DNA of 64,000 nucleotides from Gemmatimonadota bacterium. Lineage in GTDB: Bacteria > Gemmatimonadota > Gemmatimonadetes > Palauibacterales > Palauibacteraceae. Location: contig DATFLN010000004.1 of the NCBI GenBank assembly GCA_035267645.1, positions 24,534 through 88,533 of the forward strand. The letters run 5' to 3'. The stretch's first letter is position 1; each line of letters begins with the position of its first letter. The notes under the pieces are model-generated. The model was not told where the DNA came from. It saw only the letters and a program-made list of their open reading frames with translations, and ran no database searches. The translations under genes were made by a program, and so were the position numbers. Below are positions 16,346 to 23,882 of this stretch, piece by piece.

Positions 16346-19200
16346 CTCCCGGCCCACCGGGCCCACGCCTCCGGGGTGAGGGAGAGGAGGTTGGCGAACA
16401 GGCGGTATGCGCCGGGCACCCCGGCCGGCAGCTCGCGGAAGAAGTCCAGCCCCGTGTACACGTAGATTCCCTCCCCGAGGGGCGCGACCAGGAGGCTCCC
16501 GAGCTTCGCACCCTCCCCCGGGTCGTGCATGGAGAGGAGCGGCACGAAGCGGTCGTCCCAGCTGTGGAGGAAATAGAGCCCGCGCTCCTGGATCCATCCC
16601 TCGAAGTCCCGGCCCCCGATCCGGTTCGGGCTCGCCAGCGGCGGCGCGTCGGGATGGAGGAGCTTCACCGGCGCCCGCTCGTCGGTCACCCGGTCGTGCG
16701 GGTGCGCCATGGTGGCCGGGTACGGGGGATAGCCCCCGTCCACGTACTCGTACTTGTTGTACTGGACGATCAGCGTGCCGCCCGCGCGCACCCAGTCCAG
16801 GAGCCGCTGGTTGGCGGCCTGCAGGTCCTTCCGGACCTCGTAGGCCCGGACGCCGAGCACGATGACGTCGAAGTCGTCGAAGCTCCCCGACCGCAGCCGG
16901 TCGGGCCCGATCATCGTGACGGGGAGGCCCAGCTGGCGGATGGCGTCGGGCACGTCGTCGCCCGAGCCCATCACGTAGCCGACCCGCCGCGTGCGGTCCA
17001 CCCGGACCGGGAAGCGCTCCACCCGGACCGAGGCGTCCGTGTACAGCGGCATCGGGTCGATGTGGGGATAGTCGATCATGGTGAGCTGGCGGGACCAGGT
17101 CCGCGTCCCGGAGCCCGCGCCGGTCGCGCGGGTCCCGGCGGAGCCGTCCGCCGCCCCGGAGCCCGTGGCTCCCGCCGCGCGGGCCACGCCCCTCAGGTGG
17201 TAGGTGCGGAACGCCGGGCCCGCCCCGCTCTCCCCGCTCCCGGCCGCGCCGTTCCGGAGCCGGAACTCGCGGCTCTCGGTCCCTCCCCGCTCGGCCAGCT
17301 CGACCCGGGCGTCGGGCGGCCGGGTGGCCCAGCCGTCCGGGACCTCCAGGTCGGCCACCGCGTGGACGGTGTCCGGAACCTGGCTCTTGAGGGTGACGGT
17401 CACGTCACGCTCCGCGGTGTCCCCCGAGGGCCACACGAGCACGCCGGGCTCGGCGGCCACCGACAAGCGGGGGACCACGTACACCGGCCTCCAGAACTCG
17501 CCCTTGGCCTTGTCGACCCCGCGGTAGCGCACGGGGCTCCCGGCCCGCACGGAGACCCCGGACGCGCCGTCTCCGACGGAGAGCTCCAGCGAGCCCGTGG
17601 CCACGGGCGGGTCCAGCGGCCGCGCGCGCACCGAGGGGTCGTCGGGCCACCGGTACAGGTCTCCCACCGTGTCCCGGCGGAGGAAGTACTCGACCGTGGG
17701 ATGCGCGTCTCCGGGCACCTCGAGCTCGAAGCTCCAGCGGGCCAGCCGGCCCGGGGGCACGGTCGTGGCGCCGGCCCCACCCTTCACCGGCGCTCCGGCC
17801 CGGTAGAACCCGGAGCGCTCCGAGGGGGTGAGCTCCACGCTGTCGGCCGGCAGGAGCCGGGCCGACCAGCCCTCCGGAAGATCGAGGCCCGGCCGTCCGG
17901 CCCGCACGGTGGACGCCCCGCCGTTCCAGACCTCCGCGTCGACGCGGACGGTCTCCCCCGGCACCCACAGGTCGTCGTGGGCCCGGAAGCGCCAGGTGAC
18001 GCCCGCCGCCGACAGGAGGGCCCGGTCGGCCAGGTCGCGCTGGCGCTCCAGCGCCGCCCTCGCGGAGGGCGCCGCGCCTCCGGTCCGCGCCAGCTCGGCC
18101 AGGTCGTCGATGGCGCGTACGGCGGCCCGGAGGGGTCCGCCCGCAGCTCCCGGATCGAGGACGCGGAGCGAGTCCCGGGCCTCGGCCACCGCCGCGACGT
18201 AGGCCGCGGCGCGCGAGCCGGCGCGCGCCCGGACGCCCTCGGGAAGCCCGTCGGCCAGACCCGCCAGGGTCGTGTCGATCCCCGCGAACAGGCCCGCGCC
18301 CGCGGGAGCGCCGGTGAGGTCCCGCAGGAGCATGAGCTGCGTGTAGCGCGGCCCCGGGGGACGCACGACCCCGAAGTCCTGCGAGCGGTGCTGGCTCCGG
18401 CTCAGCATGGCGAGCTGGAAGGGCGACATGCCGAGAACGGGATCGTACTCGCCCGTCTGCACCCGCAGGGTCGTGCTCTCGGGGGTGCGCCACGTGCGGC
18501 GGTAGAGCTTCTCCGCCCGCCACGGCCGGGCGCCCCAGGCCAGCTGCTCGGGGAAGCGCGAGCTGTCGGCCGCCGCGTCGAACGCCTCGCGGGCCAGGAT
18601 GCCGGCCACCTGGTGCTGGCCGTGTCCGTCGGCCGGCGTCCCGCTGAAGATCGAGACGATGACCTGGGGGCGGAACGTGCGGATGACCCACACCATGTCG
18701 CCCAGCAGCGTGTCTCGCGGCCAGTGGGAGAAGGACTCCTCGGCCGTCTTGGAGTAGCCGAAGTCGTAGGCGCGCGAGAAGTACTGCTCCGCCCCGTCGA
18801 TCCGGCGCGCCGCCAGGAGCTCTCCGGTCCGGATGAGGCCGAGCCCCTTCCCCAGCTCGGACCCGATCAGGTCCTGCCCACCCTCCCCGCGCGTGAGGGA
18901 GAGGTAGGCCGCCCGGGCGCCCAGGTGGCGGGCGAGCTCGGCCAGGAGCGCGCTGTCCTCGTCGTCCGGGTGGGCGCCGATCACGAGGACTCGCTTGATG
19001 GCGCCCAGCTGCCGGAGGAGGAGACCGGTCTCGACGGCCCCGCCCTCGACCGGGAGGCCCCGGTAGGGGGCCTCCTGCGCCGCCGCGGGCTCCGCGGCGA
19101 CCGCGAGGAGGGTCGTGAGGACCAGCGCGGCCAGGGCCGTGAGAGTCGGGAGTCCGGAGCGTGATCGGGAGGGGCCGGGACACATCGTGGTGGTCTGCAT
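16342..19200 (-). CDS. Secreted PIG-L/LmbE-family deacetylase with a large C-terminal extension, 952 aa
   Basis: Signal peptide LTALAALVLTTLLAVAAEPAAAQE. PIG-L motif VLVIGAHPDDEDSALLAELAR...LSLTRGEGGQD. The long C-terminal region ends in VGYVMGSGDDVPDAIRQLG...DVIVLGVRAY...GGTLIVQY. Confidence 0.8.
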   Translation of the reverse strand: MQTTTMCPGPSRSRSGLPTLTALAALVLTTLLAVAAEPAAAQEAPYRGLPVEGGAVETGLLLRQLGAIKRVLVIGAHPDDEDSALLAELARHLGARAAYLSLTRGEGGQDLIGSELGKGLGLIRTGELLAARRIDGAEQYFSRAYDFGYSKTAEESFSHWPRDTLLGDMVWVIRTFRPQVIVSIFSGTPADGHGQHQVAGILAREAFDAAADSSRFPEQLAWGARPWRAEKLYRRTWRTPESTTLRVQTGEYDPVLGMSPFQLAMLSRSQHRSQDFGVVRPPGPRYTQLMLLRDLTGAPAGAGLFAGIDTTLAGLADGLPEGVRARAGSRAAAYVAAVAEARDSLRVLDPGAAGGPLRAAVRAIDDLAELARTGGAAPSARAALERQRDLADRALLSAAGVTWRFRAHDDLWVPGETVRVDAEVWNGGASTVRAGRPGLDLPEGWSARLLPADSVELTPSERSGFYRAGAPVKGGAGATTVPPGRLARWSFELEVPGDAHPTVEYFLRRDTVGDLYRWPDDPSVRARPLDPPVATGSLELSVGDGASGVSVRAGSPVRYRGVDKAKGEFWRPVYVVPRLSVAAEPGVLVWPSGDTAERDVTVTLKSQVPDTVHAVADLEVPDGWATRPPDARVELAERGGTESREFRLRNGAAGSGESGAGPAFRTYHLRGVARAAGATGSGAADGSAGTRATGAGSGTRTWSRQLTMIDYPHIDPMPLYTDASVRVERFPVRVDRTRRVGYVMGSGDDVPDAIRQLGLPVTMIGPDRLRSGSFDDFDVIVLGVRAYEVRKDLQAANQRLLDWVRAGGTLIVQYNKYEYVDGGYPPYPATMAHPHDRVTDERAPVKLLHPDAPPLASPNRIGGRDFEGWIQERGLYFLHSWDDRFVPLLSMHDPGEGAKLGSLLVAPLGEGIYVYTGLDFFRELPAGVPGAYRLFANLLSLTPEAWARWAGS

Positions 19201-19322
19201 GGCCGCGAAGCTAGGCCCGACGTCCCGGCGGGGAAAGGGTCCCCGCCCGCGCGGCAGGGGGAACGGGGGCGGCGCCGCTCACGTTGGCAGTCGGGCCCGC
19301 TAGGCCCTAGCCTGCACACGGC

Positions 19323-20783
19323 GTGAGCGTGGGGCGGCCGCCACCCGAGGAAGACGATTCACATGACGCCACGGTCGGACTCAGCGAGCCGGGAGCCTTG
19401 GGAAGCGTGACCGCGTGGGCCCTGCTCCTCCTGTACGGGCTGGTCTTCTTCGTCCTCTCGCCGTCGGCCTCCGACGCCGGAGGCTTCTACGAGGGACGCT
19501 CTCGCTCGGGCAGCTCGCCGGGGACCCCGCTCCTGTTCGCCACCGTCTTCGTGTCGTGGATCTTCGCCAAGTCCGTGACGAACGCGGCCAACCTCACGGG
19601 GACCTACGGCCTGCCCGGCGGCGTGGCGTACGGCGCCTGGTGGCTCTCGATCCCGGTGGCGGGCGTGGTGATCGTCGCGCTCCGCCGGAGGTTCGGGGCC
19701 CGCTCGCTGCCGGGCTGGGTGCGCTCCCGGTACGGCCGCGCGGCGGCGCTGGCCTTCCTCGTGGCCGTCCTCATCCGGCTCTACAACGAGGTGTGGAGCA
19801 ACACGGCGGTGGTGGCGGCCTACTTCGGGCCGCGCGGATCGGGCGCCTTCCTGCTCGCGGCCGGCGCGTTCACGGCGCTGACGCTCCTCTACACGCTCAA
19901 GGGCGGCCTGCGCAGCTCGATCTTCACGGACGCCGTGCAGGCGGGCCTGTTCGGGGCCTTCGTGGTGCTCGTCGTCCTCCTGGCCTTCCCTCGCACGGGC
20001 GCCGGCCTGCGCCGGGTGGCCACGTCCGGCCACTGGACGCTGGCCGGCGGCGTGGACCTCCTCCTGGTCGGCCTCCTCCAGTCCTTCAGCTATCCGTTCC
20101 ACGACCCGGTCCTCACCGACCGGGGCTTCCTGTCCGGGCCCCGGGAGACGCTGCGGGCCTTCGGGCTGGCGGGGGCCCTCGGCTTCGCGGCCATCGTGCT
20201 CTTCGGCCTGGTCGGGATCCCCGCCTACCTCGGCGGCACGCCCTTCCACGACGATGCGCCCCGGGCGGTGGCCTCGGCGCTGGGCGCCGGAGCGCTCCTC
20301 ATGGTGAACGTCGTCATGCTCACCTCGGCCGGCTCCACCCTGGACTCGACGTTCTCCTCGATCGCGAAGGCCATCGACCGGGACGGGCCCGAGATCCTGC
20401 GCGGGCCGCGGCCGGCCGGCTCGCTGTCGGGCGGGCGCGCCGCCATGGTCGCGATCGCGGTGCTCGGGAACCTCCCCCTCCTGTTCGGGGCGAGGATCCT
20501 CCAGGCCACCACCGTGAGCGGCACGATGGTGATCGGCCTCGCCCCCATCTTCCTCCTCGGCCTCGTGCTCCGGGCGCCCCCCCTCTCCTTCCACCTGGCG
20601 TTCTGGGCCGGCGTGGCGATCGGGATCGCGCAGGCGGCCGGTCTCGTTCCGGCCGCCCTCCGCATCGGGAGCGGCCGCTACGCCGACCTCCTGGGCGCCA
20701 ACCTGTGGGGCCTGGTCCTGGTCACCGCCCTCTTCCTCCTGCCCGTCCTGGCTCACCCGAGACCTGCGAGGAGACCCCGATGA
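19323..20783 (+). CDS. Multi-pass permease, sodium:solute symporter (SSS)-like
   Basis: 486 aa and highly hydrophobic with about 12-13 predicted helices. SSS-like GGLRSSIFTDAVQ motif. Start uncertain: GTG 19323 or in-frame GTG 19407. The stop overlaps the next start (ATGA 20780-20783). Confidence 0.65.
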   Translation: MSVGRPPPEEDDSHDATVGLSEPGALGSVTAWALLLLYGLVFFVLSPSASDAGGFYEGRSRSGSSPGTPLLFATVFVSWIFAKSVTNAANLTGTYGLPGGVAYGAWWLSIPVAGVVIVALRRRFGARSLPGWVRSRYGRAAALAFLVAVLIRLYNEVWSNTAVVAAYFGPRGSGAFLLAAGAFTALTLLYTLKGGLRSSIFTDAVQAGLFGAFVVLVVLLAFPRTGAGLRRVATSGHWTLAGGVDLLLVGLLQSFSYPFHDPVLTDRGFLSGPRETLRAFGLAGALGFAAIVLFGLVGIPAYLGGTPFHDDAPRAVASALGAGALLMVNVVMLTSAGSTLDSTFSSIAKAIDRDGPEILRGPRPAGSLSGGRAAMVAIAVLGNLPLLFGARILQATTVSGTMVIGLAPIFLLGLVLRAPPLSFHLAFWAGVAIGIAQAAGLVPAALRIGSGRYADLLGANLWGLVLVTALFLLPVLAHPRPARRPR

Positions 20784-22192
20784 CCGATGCCGCGAATCGA
20801 GACGCCGAGACCGTCGACGCCCTGGTCATCGGCACGGGCCAGGCCGGGACCCCCCTGGCCGGAGCCCTGGCCGCCGACGGGCGCCGGACCGCGATCGTGG
20901 AGCGGGGGCGCGTCGGCGGGACCTGCGTGCTGCGCGGCTGCACGCCCACCAAGACCATGGTCGCGAGCGCACGGGTGGCCTACCTGGCCCGGCGTGCGTC
21001 CGACTACGGCGTCCGGACCGGGCCCGTGTCGGTGGACCTGGAGGCGGTGCGGGCGCGGAAGCGGGACATCGTCGACGCCTGGAGCGAGAGCGAGCGGAAG
21101 CATCTGGAGGAGACGGAGGGCCTGGAGCTGGTGTTCGGGGAAGCCCGCTTCGTGGCGGAACGGACCGTCGAGGTCGCGCTGCGGGAGGGCGGGACCCGGC
21201 GGCTCTCGGCGCCGTGGGTGTTCCTCGACACCGGCTCGCGACCGGCCGTCCCCCCGCTCGACGGGCTGGAGGACGTCCCCTACCTGGACTCCACCTCGAT
21301 CATGGAGCTCGGGGAGGTCCCCGACCACCTCGTGGTCCTGGGCGGGGGCCCGCTCGGGCTCGAGTTCGCCCAAATGTTCCGGCGCTTCGGGGCCGAGGTG
21401 ACCATCGTGGAGCGGGGGAGCCGCCTGGCCGCAGGGGAGGACGAGGACGTCTCGGACGCCCTGCGGGAGATCCTGGAGGAGGACGGCCTCCGGGTGCTCA
21501 CGGACGCGGATGCGAGCGCGGTCCGGGGCGGCGACGGCTCCGGGCCCATCCGGCTCTCCGTGCGCGGCCCGGACGGACCCGTGGAGCTCGCCGGGAGCCA
21601 CCTCCTGGTCGCCGCCGGTCGCGCGCCCAACACGGACCGGCTGGACCTCGCGGCCACCGGCCTGGCCACCGACGAGCGTGGCCACGTCCAGGTGAACGGG
21701 CGCCTCGAGACCACGGTGGAGGGGATCTGGGCCCTGGGCGACATCACCGGACATCCGGCGTTCACCCACACCTCGTACGACGACTACCGGATCGTGAAGG
21801 CCAACCTCCTGGACGGTGGTGACCGCTCCACGGAGGACCGTATCCTCACCTACACCGTGTTCACCGATCCCCAGCTCGGACGTGTCGGGTCCACCGAGCG
21901 GGACGCGCGGAACGAGTTTCGCGAAGTCCGCGTTGCGAAGCTCCCGATGAGCCGGGTGGCCCGCGCGATCGAGACGGACGAGACCCGCGGCTTCATGAAG
22001 GCCGTCGTGGACGGCGGCAGCGGCCGGATCCTCGGCGCGGCGGTGCTCGGGATCGACGGAGGCGAGGTGGCGGCGATGCTGAAGCTGGCGATGATGGGCG
22101 GCCTGCGGGCGGCGGACCTGCATCACGCGGTCCTGGCCCACCCCACGCTGGCCGAATCGCTCAACAACCTGTTCGAGGAGGCCCTGACGTGA
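20780..22192 (+). CDS. Class-I pyridine nucleotide-disulfide oxidoreductase, RclA-like (not MerA)
   Basis: Frame of ORF 19415..22192, starting at ATG 20780 (MTDAANRDAETVDALVIGTGQAG). Redox CxxxxC in GGTCVLRGCTPTK. FTHTSYDDYRIVKANLLDGGDRSTEDRILTYTVFTDPQLGRVG resembles E. coli RclA FTYISLDDYRIVRDELLGEGKRSTDDRKNVPYSVFMTPPLSRVG from memory. C-terminal HPTLAE; no NmerA domain and no C-terminal Cys pair. Confidence 0.8.
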   Translation: MTDAANRDAETVDALVIGTGQAGTPLAGALAADGRRTAIVERGRVGGTCVLRGCTPTKTMVASARVAYLARRASDYGVRTGPVSVDLEAVRARKRDIVDAWSESERKHLEETEGLELVFGEARFVAERTVEVALREGGTRRLSAPWVFLDTGSRPAVPPLDGLEDVPYLDSTSIMELGEVPDHLVVLGGGPLGLEFAQMFRRFGAEVTIVERGSRLAAGEDEDVSDALREILEEDGLRVLTDADASAVRGGDGSGPIRLSVRGPDGPVELAGSHLLVAAGRAPNTDRLDLAATGLATDERGHVQVNGRLETTVEGIWALGDITGHPAFTHTSYDDYRIVKANLLDGGDRSTEDRILTYTVFTDPQLGRVGSTERDARNEFREVRVAKLPMSRVARAIETDETRGFMKAVVDGGSGRILGAAVLGIDGGEVAAMLKLAMMGGLRAADLHHAVLAHPTLAESLNNLFEEALT

Positions 22193-23136
22193 GCGAGCCG
22201 GACGGAAGGACGACGCGGTGGAGCGGAGCGCGGATCGGCCGGTGGCCGTTCCTGGCCGCGGCTCTCGTGGTGGGAGCGGTGACGGCCGCGGCCTGCTCGG
22301 GAGGCGGAGGCGGGAGCGGCGGCGGAGCCTTCACGATCGGGGCCATCCCGGACCAGGACCCCGAGAAGCTCCAGCGGCTGTTCGGGAAGGTGGCCGACTA
22401 CCTGCACGGGAAGCTGGACGTGCCCGTCCAGTACAAGCCGGTCACCGACTACGCGGCCGCCGTGACGGCCTTCCGGGTCGGCGACCTGGACATGGTGTGG
22501 TTCGGCGGGCTGACGGGCGTGCAGGCCCGCCTGCAGGTCCCCGGGGCGCACGCCCTGGCGCAGCGCGGGATCGACGAGGGCTTCCACAGCGTCTTCCTGG
22601 CCAACACCTCGACCGACCTCCAGCCCATCGACAGCCTCCCGGGGCTCGCGGAGCTGAAGGGACACACCTTCACGTTCGGGAGCCAGATCTCGACCTCCGG
22701 TCGCCTCATGCCCCAGTACTTCCTGGGCGAGGCCGGCGTGGGCGTGGATGACTTCGAGGGGGAGCCCGGCTTCTCGGGCTCGCACGACAAGACCATCAAG
22801 CTCGTCGAGTCGGGGACCTACGACGCGGGCGTCGCGAACGAGCAGGTGTGGCGGAGCCGGGTGGACTCCGGGCGGGTCGACACGACCCGGGTGCGCGTGA
22901 TCTGGCGGACCCCGCCCTACCACGACTACCACTGGGTCATCCGGCCCGGCCTGGACGACAGGTTCGGGAAGGGCTTCACGGACCGCGTGCGGCAGGCCCT
23001 GCTGGGGCTGAGCCCCGACGACCCGGCCCAGAAGGAGATCCTGGACCTGTTCGGGGCGCGGCGCTTCGTGCCCACGGCCGACTCGAGCTACGACCAGATC
23101 GAGGCCGTCGGAAGGGACATCGGCAAGATCCAGTGA
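22189..23136 (+). CDS. PhnD-family ABC substrate-binding lipoprotein (phosphonate/phosphite-type fold; substrate unknown)
   Basis: 315 aa. Lipobox AAACSGGGGGSGGG. PhnD-like motifs FTIGAIPDQDPEKL, DMVWFGGLTGV, FTFGSQISTSGRLMP and YHDYHWVIRP. The GTG start overlaps the upstream stop (GTGA 22189-22192). Confidence 0.85.
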   Translation: MSEPDGRTTRWSGARIGRWPFLAAALVVGAVTAAACSGGGGGSGGGAFTIGAIPDQDPEKLQRLFGKVADYLHGKLDVPVQYKPVTDYAAAVTAFRVGDLDMVWFGGLTGVQARLQVPGAHALAQRGIDEGFHSVFLANTSTDLQPIDSLPGLAELKGHTFTFGSQISTSGRLMPQYFLGEAGVGVDDFEGEPGFSGSHDKTIKLVESGTYDAGVANEQVWRSRVDSGRVDTTRVRVIWRTPPYHDYHWVIRPGLDDRFGKGFTDRVRQALLGLSPDDPAQKEILDLFGARRFVPTADSSYDQIEAVGRDIGKIQ

Positions 23137-23882
23137 CGCCGCCCGTCTTCGAGCTCCGGGACGTCCGCCGCAGCTTCGGCTCGACCGAGGCCGTGTCCGG
23201 CCTGGACCTCGTGGTCCGTCCGGGCGAGAGGGTGGCGCTGGCGGGACCGAGCGGCGCCGGCAAGACCACCCTCATCGGCCTCCTGAACGGCACGCTCCTC
23301 CCCAGCACGGGCTCCGTCCGCATCTTCGGCCGGGACACCCGGCAGGTGGGGGCACGCGAGCTCCGCCGCCTCCAGCGGAGGATCGGGACGGTCTACCAGC
23401 AGTTCCACCTGGTCGACGAGCTCCGGGTGATCCACAACGTGAACGCGGGGAGGCTGGGCCGCTGGTCCCTGGCCCGCGCGGCGCTGTCGCTCGTCTCGCC
23501 CCGCGAGGCCGAGGACACCCGGCGCCTCCTGGGACGGGTGGGGATGGCGGGGAAGCTGTACGAGCGCACGGGGGACCTGTCGGGGGGCGAACAGCAGCGG
23601 GTCGCGCTGAGCCGGGTCCTGGCCCAGGATCCCGACGTCATCCTCGCGGACGAGCCGATCGCGAGCCTGGACCGGGAGAACAGCCGGGAGGTCATGGACC
23701 TCCTGCGGGACCTGGTCGAGGAGAGGGGACGCACGGCCGTCATCAGCCTCCACGACGTCTCCTTCGCGCTGAGCCACTGCGAGCGGGTGGTGGGCGTCCG
23801 CTCGGGTCGGGTCCTGTTCGACGAGCCCGCCGCCTCGGTCACCTCCGAGATGACGGACGAGCTCTACCGCATCGAACGGTGA
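23133..23882 (+). CDS. PhnC-like ABC ATP-binding protein
   Basis: Frame of ORF 22848..23882. GTG 23133 overlaps the PhnD-like stop. Walker A GPSGAGKTT, signature LSGGEQQRVALSRVL, Walker B VILADEP, H-loop ISLHD. Confidence 0.9.
   Translation: MTPPVFELRDVRRSFGSTEAVSGLDLVVRPGERVALAGPSGAGKTTLIGLLNGTLLPSTGSVRIFGRDTRQVGARELRRLQRRIGTVYQQFHLVDELRVIHNVNAGRLGRWSLARAALSLVSPREAEDTRRLLGRVGMAGKLYERTGDLSGGEQQRVALSRVLAQDPDVILADEPIASLDRENSREVMDLLRDLVEERGRTAVISLHDVSFALSHCERVVGVRSGRVLFDEPAASVTSEMTDELYRIER

Noticed and set aside
20780-22192. Reading the flavoprotein as mercuric reductase MerA, which would make this a mer operon.
   Set aside because: There is no NmerA/HMA domain and no C-terminal vicinal Cys pair (the protein ends ...SLNNLFEEALT). 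No merR/T/P genes are present. The C-terminal half resembles RclA-type enzymes instead.
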